From the human T2T-CHM13v2.0 reference genome, Homo sapiens: DNA of 64,000 bases. Position 1 is the first letter of the stretch. Every line of letters begins with the position of its first letter. The notes below the pieces were generated by a model that ran no database searches, was not told the DNA's origin, and saw nothing but the letters and a program-made list of their open reading frames with translations. Below, piece after piece: positions 1-13,385 of the stretch. Position numbers and translations under genes: made by a program. Location: NCBI RefSeq assembly GCF_009914755.1, contig NC_060928.1; one strand, given 5' to 3'.

Positions 1-81
1 TGAAGTAGGAGGATCACTTGATCATGATTGCACCACTGCACTCCAGCTTGGGTGACACAGAGAGACCCTCTCTCAAAAAAA
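1..81 (+). mobile_element. Alu right-arm 3' fragment (AluJ-like)
   Basis: GCACCACTGCACTCCAGC..GGTGACACAGAGAGACCC followed by an A tail. Confidence 0.85.
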
Positions 82-94
82 GAGGAAAAGAAAA

Positions 95-440
95 TATATA
101 TTCTATGATCCAACAATTCTACTCCAGGTATATAGCCCAAAGAAATTTTCACACAGGGTTATATGGGAACATGTGCATAGATGCTTGCTGTATCACAGCT
201 CTGTACAGCTCTGGGTGACAAGGAGCTGGAGGCTATCTGGGTGCTCATCCTTGGGAGAGTGGACAGGTAAAATGTGGTGGGTGTCTATGTTGGAGTCTAA
301 TACCACGGTGAGCAGCATCAGCTTAAATGTAGGCTAAGTGGCATAGATGAGTTTTAAATACATAAGCATTGAGTGGAAAAATGTAAAACCCAGGAGGAGA
401 TATATAATACAATACCATTTCCATAAGTTAAAAATGCATG
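95..440 (+). mobile_element. Ancient L1M (L1ME-like) 3' fragment
   Basis: TATGATCCAACAATTCTACTCCAGGTATATAGCCCAAAGAAA resembles the L1 ORF2 end/3'UTR. Confidence 0.55.
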
Positions 441-442
441 TA

Positions 443-758
443 GGCTGAGCACAGTGGCTCATGCCTATAATTCCAGCACTTTGAGAGGCTGAGGTAGGAG
501 GACTGCTTGAGCTCAGGAGTGCAATACTAGTCTGGGCAAAAAAAGTGAGACCCCATCTTTACAAAAAAAAATTTTTTTTAACTTAGCCACGTGCAGTGGC
601 ACACGCCTGTGGTCCCAGCTAAATGGGAGGCTGAGGCAGGAGGATCGTGTCAGCCCAGCAGATCAAGGCTGCAGTGAGCTGTGTTGCCATGTTCATACCA
701 CTGCACTCCAGCCTGAGTAGCAGAGTGAGAAACTGTCTCCAAAAAAAAAAAAAAAAAA
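443..758 (+). mobile_element. Alu (AluJ-like), full length
   Basis: Dimeric Alu, A tail, AAAATGCAT on both flanks as TSD. Confidence 0.92.
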
Positions 759-1414
759 GGAAAATGCATACATGTAAATCAATATATTTTGTAATAAAAC
801 ATTGAAATAAAAAGATAGCTCACTCAAATAGAAGTGGCAATTAGTCCTGTACTTGGATCTCTTTTCCTATGCGTCATAAAAGGTCAGGATATATGGAGCT
901 AGAAAACATCAAAAAGCGTCCATCAGTAAGACAACAGGAGAGATCGGTGCCTTGGATAAGAGGGTGTATAACTTCACCTACAGTTACATAAGCTGAAACA
1001 ATAAATAAGAATAGATGTTGCAAGATTTTGGCAACATTTTGAGATGGCCTAATGTTCCTTAACTCTTTTAAGGGTCAATAGTGAGGGTTTGTTTCTCCAA
1101 AACAACATTTGAACCTTGGTTTCCTGAAATTGAAAATGGTTGGTTTTGTGCTGATCTAAGGAGCTGAACCATTGACTCTACAATGGCCCTTCATGTGCCC
1201 CTTCAGTTTTTTTATCAGCCCAGCTATATACCACAGGTTGGTTTCCTTAAAACAAATGTACCCCTTGTTCACTCCACAACTACACTTTTTGCATCATTCT
1301 GCTCCTAGCATTTTTTCACAGACCTTCCTGCCTAATGTTAAAATGGACTAAGCTGGGTTCCATGGCAGATGGACTTGGTTTCATCTCTTGGTGTCACCAT
1401 TTATAGCTGAGCGT

Positions 1415-1860
1415 TGTCAACTTACATAATAAATGGAGAGAAGATCTCTAAAGGAAAATATTTATTCAGATATAGGGCATTGCAGTGGGAATTTATCTGA
1501 CATAGTAAACTAACATGTATATTCAGGGAGGTAACGGAAGACAAAAGTTTTTTTTTTTTTTTTAAAAAGACATAATTGTTTTAAGATAATGATCTTTGGC
1601 TACCAGCATCAATAACAAGAGTGACTCCAGTCTGACATTGGTCAAGCAGTTGCTGGACAGATGTCCTCACAGAAGTATTTTTTTTTTTGTAAGGTTGCAG
1701 TGGCCTTTGTGCAAGGTTACAGTTTTTGCAGTCTTTTGTGATAGTTTTTGTTATCAAATATTTATGTGCAAGAACCCTGTCTTCATAGCCTTCTCCAGAT
1801 CTATTTGTCATGATTTTTGTTAGCGCCAGTTACTCCATTTTGATTCTGACAACTTTCACA
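1415..1860 (-). mobile_element. ERV1 3' LTR (MER65-like)
   Basis: Minus strand begins TGTGAAAGTTGTCAGAATCAAAATGGAG, preceded by polypurine tract AAAAAGGGGAAA, ends ..TGACA. Confidence 0.7.
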
Positions 1861-2138
1861 TTTCCCCTTTTTGATTAAGATCTTTCTCTGAAAACATCAT
1901 CGATCAATCATCCTGTAGTTAGATGTTTTTTTCCCTTACCCACTCTGAGTATGTCCTTACCATGCTAAGGATTTGATTGTTCCTCGGTGCCAGGATGGAC
2001 CCATTCTGGTTTGGTGGTCTGATTCCACATTGGAGAGAGTAAATGGCAGCTAGAGTGAGTGTCAAAACCCTTTAAGCCACATTTGAGCAATAAGGGAGGT
2101 TTAAAAGGAGTGGCTCTCAGGCTAAGTATACCTGGAGT

Positions 2139-2168
2139 ATACATAATTATACATAATTATACATAATT
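2139..2168. repeat. 10-bp tandem repeat (ATACATAATT)x3
   Basis: Three exact copies. Confidence 0.9.
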
Positions 2169-2253
2169 GAGTTTCATTTTGTCTGTTATATATTCTTTCG
2201 CTATGAACCCAAAGTGCTAGGCTGGCGTTATTCTGTTAGAAGTCGTACTTCTT

Positions 2254-2605
<352 letters not shown>

Positions 2606-2769
2606 TTAAAAAGGGAACATATGAGGTAAAATTAATAGCAATATGACAATCCCAGTTTGCATAATGGTTTTGAGCCATAAACCTAGGCTTAAAGGCACCC
2701 AATTAAATAAATCAAATGACCATTATCCTGTCAAGTGAAAGCAAAAACTGCAACCTTGCACAAAGGCCA

Positions 2770-2920
2770 ACTCAGGAGACTGAGGTGGGAGGATCTCTTG
2801 AGCCCAGGAGGCAGAGGGTGCAGTGAGCCCAAGATTGTGCCAGCCACTTCACTCCAGCCTGGATGAGACAGTGACACCCTCTCTCAAAATAAAGACATAC
2901 ATACATACATAAATACATAA
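2770..2920 (+). mobile_element. Alu right-arm fragment with (CATA)n tail
   Basis: Alu right-monomer motifs. Confidence 0.85.
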
Positions 2921-3439
2921 ACTTTAGAATTGTTATTCATAAAAATAGAAAAAACAATTCACTGTTTATGTATAGAAATGCTACTGAATTTTGTATGTTG
3001 GTTTTGTATCCTGCAACATTACTGAATTTGCTAATCAATTCTAACAGTTTTTTGGTGGAGTTTTTAGGTTTTTCTAAATATAAGAGTGTATGATCTGCAA
3101 ACAAGGATAATTTGACTTCTTCCTTTCCAATTTGGATCTCCTTCATTTCTTTGTCTGGTCTAATTGCTCTAACTAGAACTTCCAGTACTATGTTGAATGA
3201 CAGCAGTGAAAGTGGGCATCCTTGTCATATTCCAGATTTTACAGGAAAGGCTTTCAGTGTTTCTCCATTCAGTATGATGCTAACCATGAGTCTGTCATAT
3301 ATGGCTTTTATTGTGTTGAGGTATGTTCCTTCTATACCCAGTTTTTTGATGGTTTTTATCATGAAGAGATGCTGAATTTTTTTGAATTCTTTTTCAATAT
3401 CAATTGAAAAGATCATATCGTTTTTGTCCTTCATTCTCA

Positions 3440-3746
3440 TTGTTGTTATTGTTGTTGTTGTTGTTTTGGGGACAGGGTCTCACTCTGTTGCCCAGGCTTA
3501 AGTGCAGTGGTGCAATCTTGGCTCATAGCAATCTCTGCCTCCTGGGCTGAAGCAATTCTCCCACCTCAGCCTCCTGAGTAGCTGAGACTACTGGCATGTG
3601 CCACCACACTTGGCTAATTTTTTAATTTTTTGTAGAGACAAGATCTCCCTATATTTCCAAGGCTGGTCTCAAACTCAAAGAGATCCTCCTTCCTCAGCCT
3701 CCCCAAGTGTGTGCTTGGATTAGAGACATGAGCCACCACACCAGGC
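3440..3746 (-). mobile_element. Alu (AluJ-like) inside L1
   Basis: (TTG)n tail, TSD TCCTTCATTCTC/TCCTTCATCCTC. Confidence 0.9.
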
Positions 3747-4689
3747 ATTTTCCTTCATCCTCTTGATATGATGTATCACATTGATTGAGTAGCATATGTT
3801 GAACCATTCTTGCATCACTGGGGTAAATCCCACTTGGTCATGATGAATAACCTTTTTAATGTGTTGTTGAATTTGGTTTGCTATAATAGTATTTTGTTGA
3901 GGATTTTTGCACCTACGTTCATCACAGATATTAACCTGTTGTTTTCTTTATGTGTTTTTGTCTGGTTTTGGTATCAGGGTAATACCAACCTTGTAGGATA
4001 AGTTTGGAAGTATTCTTTCCTCCTCTATTTTTTAGAATAGTTTGAGCAGGATTAGGTATTTGTTTTTTAAACATGTGGTAAAATTCAACAGTGAAGCCAT
4101 CTGGTCCTGGGCTTTTCTTTGCTGTGGGGCTTTTCATTACAATTTAGATCTTATTACTTGTTATTTGTGTGTTTGGGTTTTGGATTTCTTCACAGTTCAA
4201 TCTTAGTAGGTTGTATGTGCCTAGGAATTTATCCATTTCTTTTGGGTTTTCCAATTTATTGGCATATAGTTACTCACAGTAGCCTCCAGTGATCCTTTGA
4301 ATTTCTGTGGTGTCGATTGTAATGTCCTCTTTTTCATCTCTGATTTTATTTATATGGGTTTTCTCTCTTCTTAGTGTAGCTAAATATTTGCAATTATGTT
4401 TATCTTTTGGAAAAAAAAACCCCAACATTTTGTTTCATTGATCTTTTCTATTGTTTTCTTGATTTCAATTTTATTTATTTCTGACCTAGTCTTTATTATT
4501 TCTTTTCTTCATTAGTCTGGCTAAAGGTTTGTCAATTTTGTTTATCTTTTCAAAAAAACAACTTTTTGTTTCATTGATTTTTTGTGTATTTTCATTTCAA
4601 ATTCATTGATTGCTGCTCTGGTCTTTATTATTGCTTTTATTCTACTAAGTTTGATCCTGTCTCAAACTTAGTAGAAGAATATATACATA

Positions 4690-4844
4690 TTTGAGACAGG
4701 ATCTTGTTTTGTTGCCCAGGCTGGAGTTCAATGGGATGATCACAGCTCACTGCAGTCTCGACCTCCTGGGCTCAAGTGATCCTCCAATCTCAACCTCCTG
4801 AGTAGCTGGGACTAAAGTCATGCACCACCACACTTGGCTAATTT
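4690..4844 (-). mobile_element. Alu right-arm fragment (AluJ-like), no clear tail or TSD
   Basis: TTTGAGACAGGATCTTG..GGCTAATTT; occupies the place of ~160 bp of L1. Confidence 0.85.
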
Positions 4845-5431
4845 GTTATTTCATTTGTTCCAATAAATTTTTAATTTTTTTCCCTTAGTTTCTTCATTGA
4901 CCCACTGGTCATTCAGGAACATATTCTTTAATTTCCAAGTATTTGTATAGTTTCTAAAATTCCTCTTGTGATTGATTTCTAGTTTTATTACACCATGCTT
5001 AGAGAAAACACTTAATATAATTTCGATTTTTTTTGAATTTTTAAAGACTGTTTTGTAGTCTAATATATGGCTTATCCTTGCAAATGATCCACATGCTGAG
5101 CAGAAGAATGTGTATTCTGCAGCCATTGGATGAAATGTTCTGTAAATATCTATTGGGCTCATTTGGTTTATAGTGCAGATTAAGTTCAACATTTCTTTGT
5201 TGATTTTCTGTCTGGAAGATCTGTCCAATGCTGAGAGTGGGATATTGAAGTCTCCAGCTATTATTGCACTGGGGTCTATCTCTCTCTTTAGCTTTAATAT
5301 TTGCTTTCTATATCTGGGTGTGCCAGTGTTAGGTGCATATAAATTTACAATTGTTACATCCTCTTACTGAAATGATCCCATTAGCATTATATAATGGTCT
5401 TCTTTGTCTCCTTTTATGATTTTTATGTTGA

Positions 5432-6850
5432 AACCTGGGTCCTGGGCTTTTCTTTACAGGGAGGCTTTTTACTATGGCTTTAATCTCATTACTTGTTACT
5501 GGTCTATTCAGGTTTTTGGATTCCTTCATGGTTCAATCTTGGTAGGTTGTATATATCTAGGAATTTATCCATTTCTTCTAGATTTTCCAATTTATTGGTA
5601 TACACTTGCTCAGGGTAGTCACTAATTATTCTTTGAATTTCTGTGATAGCAGTTGTAATATCTCCTTTGTCATCCCTGATTTTATTTATTTAGGGTTTCT
5701 CTTTTTCTTTTTTCTTCATTAGTCTGGCTAAAAGTTTGTCAACTTGGTTTATCTTTTCAAAAAATCAACATTTTGTTGCATTGATTTTTGTGTGTGTCTT
5801 CTTCATTTCAAATTCATTGATTGCTGCTCTGATCTTTATTATTACCTTTCTTTTACTAAGTTTGAGGTTGTTTTGCTCTTGCTTCTGTAGTTCTTTAAGA
5901 TGTGTTGTTAGGTTATGTATTTGAAGTTTTTCTTCTTTTTTGATGTAGGCACTTATAGCTACAAATTTCTCTTTTAGTACTGCTTTTGCTGTATTCCATA
6001 GGTTTTGCTATGCTGTGTTTCCATTATCATTTGTTTTAAGAAATTTTTCAATTTTCTTCTTAATTTCTTCATTGATTCACTAGTCATCCAGGAGCATATT
6101 GTTTAATTTCCATGGATCTGTATGATTTCCAAAATTCCTCTTGTTGTTGATTTCTAATTGTATTTCTTTGTGGTCAGAGAAGATGCTTGATATGATTTCA
6201 GTTTTTTGAGTGCTTTAAGACTTGTTTTGTGACCTAACACATGGTCTATCCTTGAGAATGATCAATGTGCTGAGGAAAAGAATGTATATTCTACAGACAT
6301 TGGATGAAATGTTCTGTAACTATCTATTAGGTTCATTTGATCTATAGTGCAGATTAAGTTCAATATTTCCTTATTGAGTTTCTGTCTAGGAGATCTGTCC
6401 AATGCTGAAAGGGGAGTGTTGAAGACTCCAGATATTATTGTATTGAGGTCTAGCTCTCTCTTTAGCTCCAATAATATTTGCTTTATATATCTGGGTGCTC
6501 TAGTGTTAGGTGCACATATATTTATAATCATTATATCTTGTTGCTGTATTGACCCCTTTATCATTATATAATGACATTCTTTGTCTCTTTTTAGAGTTTT
6601 TGTCTTGAAATCTATTTTGTCTGATGTAAGTATAGCTACTCCTGCTCTTTTTGGTTTACATCGGCATGGATATCTTTTTTCATCTCTTTTTTTAAGTCTA
6701 TATGTATCTTTATAGGTGAAATGTGTTTCTTGTAGGCAACAGATCATGGGGTCTTGTTTTTTCTTCCATTCAGCCACTCGATGTCTTTTGATTGGAGAGT
6801 TTAATCAAACAGAAGGAGTCTTCCATTGTGGCCACCACAGCTGGGAATGG
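5432..6850 (-). mobile_element. Second old L1 ORF2 fragment (endonuclease domain to KKSPGP)
   Basis: ORF 6262-6777 ICCLQETH..IMIKGSIQQ..APNTRAP is the L1 endonuclease; restarts at KKSPGP near 5435. Confidence 0.93.
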
Positions 6851-6851
6851 T

Positions 6852-6980
6852 GAGTTGTTATATTTGCTACAATCAATGAGTCTACATTGACACATCATCA
6901 TCACCCAGAGTTCATAGTTTACATTGAGGTTCATTCTTGGTGTTGTATATTCAATGGGTTTTTATAAACATATACTTATT
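6852..6980 (-). mobile_element. L1MC-type 3' end fragment
   Basis: ACAATCAATGAGTCTACATTGACACATCATCATCACCCAGAGTTCATAGTTTACATT. Confidence 0.6.
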
Positions 6981-7009
6981 AAGGACTGCATAGTGCACCA
7001 TGGTGCTAT

Positions 7010-8687
7010 TGTGTCTGGAATTGTTGGGTTCTTGGTCTCACTGACTTCAAAAATGAAGCCGCGGACCCTCACGGTGAATGTTACAGTTCTTAAAGGCAGC
7101 ATGTCCGGAGTTTGTTCCTTCTGATGTTCGGATGTGTTTGGAGTTTCTTCCTTCTGGTGGGTTCGTGGTCTCGCTGGCTCAGGAGCAAAGCTGCAGACCT
7201 TCGCAGTGAGTGTTACAGCTCTTACGGTGGCGCGTCTGGAGTTGTTCGTTCCTCCCGGTGGGTTCGTGGTCTCACTGGCTTCAGGAGTGAAGCTGCAGAC
7301 CTTCGCGGTGAATGTTACAGCTCATAAAGGCAGTGTGGACCCAAAGAGTGAGCAGCAGCAAGATTTATTGCAAAGAGCAAAAAAACAAATCTTCCAAAGT
7401 GTGGAAGGGGATGCAAGCGTGTAGCCACTGCTGGCTTGGGCAGCCTGCTTTTATTCTCTTATCTGGCCCCACCCACATCCTGCTGATTAGTCCATTTTAC
7501 AGAGAGCTGATTGGTCTGTTTTACAGAGAGCCGATAGGTCTGTTTTGACAGGGTGCTGATTGGTGCGTTTACAATCCCTGAGCTAGACACAAAAGTTCTC
7601 CACCTCCCCACTAGATTAGCTAGATACAGAGTGTCGATTGGTGTATTTACAAACCCTGAGCTAGACACAGAGTGCTGATTGGTGCATTTACAAACCTTGA
7701 GCTAGATACAGAGTGCCAATTGGTGTATTTACAATCCCTTAGCTAGACATAAAGTTTCTCCAAGTCCCCACCAGAGTAACTAGATACAGAGTGCCGACTG
7801 GTGCATTCACAAACCCTGAGCTAGACACAGAGGGCTGATTGGTGCATTTACAAACCTTGAGCTAGATACGGAGTGCCGATTGGTGTATTTACGATCCCTC
7901 AGCTAGACATAAAGGTTCTCCAAGTCCCCACCAGAGTAACTAGATACAGAGTGCCGATTGGTGCATTCACAAACCCTGAGCTAGACACAGGGTGTTGATT
8001 GGCGTGTTTACAAACCTTGAGCTAGATACAGAGTGCTGATTGGTGTATTTACATTCCCTTAGCTAGACATAAAGATTCTCCAAGTCCCCAACAGACTCAG
8101 CAGCCCAGCTGGCTTCACCCAGTGGATCCCGCACTGGGGCCGCAGGTGGAGCTGCCTGCCAGTCCCGCGCTGTGCACCCGCACTCCTCAGCTCTTGGGTG
8201 GTCAATGGGACTGGGCGCCCTGGAGCAGGGGGCGGTGCTGTGCAGGAGCCCACAGCTGGCGGGGCAGGGTGTGGCGAGGCGGCTCAGGCATGGTGGGCTG
8301 GACCCCTGCCCCGCAGGGAGGCAGCTAAGGCCCAGCGAGAAGTTGAGCACAGCAGCTGCCAGCCCAGGTGCTAAGCCCCTCACTGCCCAGGGCCAGCGGG
8401 GACGGCCAGCCGCTTGGAGTGCAGGGCTGCCAAGCCCACTCCACCCAGAACTCGCGCTGGCCCACAAGCACTGCGCGCAGCCCCAATTCCTGCCTTCACC
8501 TCTCCCTCCACACCTCCCGGCAAGCTGAGGGAGCTGTCTCCGGCCTTGGCCAGCCCAGAAAGGGGCTCCCACGGTGCAGTGGCGGGCTGAAGGGCTCCTC
8601 AAGCACGGCCAAAGTGGGCGCCAAGGCCAAGGAGGCGCAGAGAGTGAGCAAGGGCTGTGAGGGCTGCCAGCACACTGTCACCTCTCA
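7010..8687 (-). mobile_element. Solo LTR12C (HERV9 LTR), 1678 bp
   Basis: Minus strand TGAGAGGTGACAG..CAATTCCAGACACA; GC-rich U3; CCAAT repeat array; 4-bp TSD CTAT. Confidence 0.95.
7480..8090 (-). promoter_or_regulatory. LTR12 enhancer array of ~41-bp units with CCAAT (NF-Y) and GATA motifs
   Basis: About 11 ATTGG motifs in GAGCTAGA(T/C)ACAGAGTGC(C/T)GATTGGTG units; a ~160-bp higher-order unit repeated three times. Confidence 0.8.
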
Positions 8688-9319
8688 CTATGGTCTCAAT
8701 ATCATTTGTCCCCACCAAAACTCATGTTGTGGACTGGTCTCCAATGTGGCAATGTTGGCAGGGCAGATGGTGTCTCTAAATGATTAGGTCATTAAGATAA
8801 ATTAATGTCCTTCTCATGAGACAGGGTTAGTTCTCATGGGAATGGATTAGTTTCTGAGAGAGCCGGTTGTTATAAAGTGAGGGTGCCTTTGCAGCCATTG
8901 AAATACAAAAAATAAAATGAAGTTGCCCCTAGTGTTTTGCCCTTTCTCACACAAACCTAGTTCGCCTTCCATTTCTCCATGCTTTGACCAAGCATGAGGT
9001 CCTTGTTGGAAGCTGCCAGATGTTGCTGCCTAATCTTGAACTTCCCAGCTTGCAGAACCATGAGCTAAATATATCTCTTGTCTTTATAAACTTCTCAGGC
9101 TCAGGGATTCTGTTATAGCAATACAAAATAGACTAATACACATGGTATGTATTTATCATGAGAACTTTATACTTTTATTTGAAAATCCATCTTCAGACTT
9201 TTTCTATTATATACAATATAGATAATGCAATGTGTGTTAAAATTCTTGCTTTTTAAACTTATAAATCAATATGAAAATAAGATTGATGCATAGAACAATA
9301 GAAGAGAATGTGAATAAGT

Positions 9320-10160
<841 letters not shown>

Positions 10161-10353
10161 AGGAAGAAAAATAAAAACTTGCAATTAAATTTTAACACAG
10201 CATTTATTTTTGAGAAAATTTATCCTAAGGAGAGGATCAACTAAGTGGGCAAAGATATAGCTACAAAAAGATTCAACATAACTTTCTAATTAAAGCTTCA
10301 ATCTGGGCATTGAGCTCTTTTTTATCTGAGCAAAGAACTAGTTTGATGAGATC

Positions 10354-10496
10354 CTGAACAGTCAACAAACTGGTGACTCTGGCTCAGGAGAAGACATGCA
10401 TTTCATATTAAAGGTCAAACACCCACAGCCCAATCACTTTTTGATAAGTAATATCCAGCAAATGACACCAATTTTAGCTACCTAATAAGATGAATC
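10354..10496 (+). repeat. Apparently unique ~143-bp segment duplicated at 12486-12631
   Basis: Manual alignment gives about 11 differences. Confidence 0.95.
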
Positions 10497-10562
10497 TTAA
10501 GTGAACTCTAAAGAAAGATACGGTGTTCAGAGTTACATACAGTGAAATTATAAAACTAAGCA

Positions 10563-11410
10563 TAGCAGGTCCTTGAATAACATTTTTTTTCAATGTCATT
10601 GTGTTATGACATTGATAAGGAAAAAAAAATCAATTCCCAGCTGGGCCACTGTTTGTGTGAAGTTTACACATTCTCCCCATGTCTGTGTGGGTTTCCTCTG
10701 GCTACTCAGTTCCTTTCCACACCCCAAAGATGTGCACATTAGGTGAGTGGATGTGTCTAAATGTCCTAATCTGAGTGTGGGTGTGTGTGTGAGTGTGCCC
10801 CGTGATGGAATGGTGTCCTGCCTGTCCAGCGTTGATTTCCACTTCTCGCCCTGAGCTGCTGAGATAGGTTCCAGCTACCCAAGACCCTGAACTGGAATAA
10901 GCAGGTTGGAAGATAAGTGAAAACAAGTTATTATAAAATAAATATTCATAAAGTATATGGTAATCATACAAACACACAACAATAAATGATGTGGTATGAA
11001 AGTGCTCAGTGAGCCTGCTATATTCGTTATTGTTTGTTTTTTAACTGTGTAGTGGTAGGAGGAGCCTCTTACTAATTTTGCTTTGCAAATACTTTTGATT
11101 TAACCACCACCACTACTATTGCTGTCACTCACTGACTGACCAAAAATCAGGTAAATAAATAAATATCTTACTTGTTTTTATTTACCTGTCTTATCTTTAA
11201 ACATTTATTTATTTTAATGTTTAATATTAGAAGTGTTTTAGGTCTTTATTTAGAAGTTTGGTAATGTTTCTATGACCAGAAATATGCCATAGAAACATAA
11301 CTCTTGTTTGTATCAATTAGCCTATGGTAAAATTGGTTTCATTATACATTATTTTGCTTAAAGTTGAAGTTCCCAATAACATATTGGTGACATTAAGTGA
11401 GGACTTACTG
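10563..11410 (+). mobile_element. MER6 (TcMar-Tigger non-autonomous transposon with V-SINE-derived core)
   Basis: Ends (C>T)AGCAGGTCCTTGAATAAC and GTGAGGACTTACTG|TA; internal CACATTCTCCCCATGTCTGTGTGGGTTTCCTCTGG; ~850 bp. Confidence 0.85.
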
Positions 11411-11446
11411 TACAGAAAATTTGCTCAGTTTTACGTGGGAGTATTC

Positions 11447-11781
11447 TTTTTTTTTTTTTTTTTTGAGACAGGATCTCACTGTATCACCTGGGCTGGAGTG
11501 CAGGGGTGAGATCATAGCTCACTTCAGTCTTGAACTTCTGGGTTCAAGCAATCCTCCTGCACTGGCTATCCAAGTAGCTAGAACTATAGGTGTACACCAC
11601 CACATTTGGCTGACTTTTCTTATTTTTTTATTTATTCATTTATTTGTTTATTTATTTTTTAGAGCTAAGGTCTTGCTATGTTGCCTAGACTGGTTTTGAA
11701 CTCCTGGGCTGAAGCAATCCTCCCACTTCGGCCTCTCAAAGTGCTGGGATATCAGACATGAGCCACCTGCCATGCTTGGCC
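11447..11781 (-). mobile_element. Alu (AluJ-like)
   Basis: Poly-T then reverse Alu dimer. Confidence 0.92.
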
Positions 11782-11816
11782 TATGTGAGTATTCTTAGTT
11801 GTCATTATTTACATTG

Positions 11817-12092
11817 TACTATAGACTAAATGTTTGTGTCCCCTCTAAATTCGTATGTTGAAATCCTAACCCCCAATGTGATGGTATTAGCAGGTGGGGG
11901 CCTTTTGTAGCTGATTAGTTCGTGAGGGTGGAGCGCCCATGAATAGGATTAGTGCCCTGATGAAAGAGACCCCAAGGAGCTTTCTCATCAACTTTCTGCC
12001 ATGAGAGAAAACTGGGAACTAGGAAGCAGGTTCTCACTAGACATCAAATCTGCCAGTACCTTGATCTTGGACTTCCCAGCCTCCAGAACTGT
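11817..12092 (+). mobile_element. MLT1A-type MaLR LTR, 3' truncated
   Basis: AATGTTTGTGTCCCC..GAAATCCTAACCCCCAATGTGATGGTATTAG..GGACTTCCCAGCCTCCAGAACTGT. Confidence 0.85.
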
Positions 12093-12259
12093 CCCCCTTA
12101 GTCATCCCACAGTGGTGAGCACCTAAGGTGACTTAACAACAGTTTTGTACTTTGTATCAGATGCACAAATGCATTCTCACTTGCCCTTTGTGTGTGTGAG
12201 TGCATTTCTATCTTCTTTTATGTTCTCTTTTTATTATACTTATGTTCATTTCACAATTC

Positions 12260-13056
<797 letters not shown>

Positions 13057-13059
13057 TTG

Positions 13060-13350
13060 AATCTTTATTGAGTGCTTATTCCTCAAGAAATGCTATAACA
13101 AATGTTAGAAATTAAATGGTGAGTCAAAACAAAGTCCCTGTCTTTCCTGGGGTTTACAGTAATACTCTCTCCATGAACATCAACAACAACAGTAACTAAT
13201 ACACATAATTACATTTATTGATTAATTGAATGCTCACATACACATAAAGATATCATTGTCATTATTTTGTCAAGGGGGAAAGGGAGGCACAGAGAGCATA
13301 AGGAATTTGCCCAGAGTCATATGCTCTAGTGGTGGAGCCTGTATACTGTT
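13060..13350 (-). mobile_element. L2 and MIR fragments
   Basis: TTTATTGAGTGCTTA..AAAGTCCCTGTC; GAGGCACAGAGAG..TTGCCCAGAGTCA. Confidence 0.55.
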
Positions 13351-13385
13351 TGTCTCTCCTTTACTATATTTACTCTCCCATGAAT

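Larger units (their letters stand above)
2940..5431 (-). mobile_element. Old L1 (L1MA/L1PB-age) ORF2 fragment, RT to endonuclease end, interrupted by two Alu pieces
   Basis: ORF pieces [16 protein letters not shown] (RT, YADD-like motif decayed), KKSPGPDGFT, DIYRTFHP; frameshifts and stops. Confidence 0.93.
7004..9140 (+). mobile_element. MaLR LTR (MST/MLT1A-type), split after its 6th base by LTR12C
   Basis: TGCTAT|GGTCTCAAT..GACTAATACA; 5-bp TSD CATGG at 6999-7003 and 9141-9145. Confidence 0.85.

Noticed and set aside
7480-8090. Regularly spaced repeats resembling a CRISPR array
   Set aside because: Units are tandem with no unique spacers; this is the LTR12 enhancer array in a human sequence.
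8059-8787. Several overlapping 60-180-aa ORFs
   Set aside because: GC-rich LTR12C U3 lacks stop codons by composition; ORFs occur on both strands.
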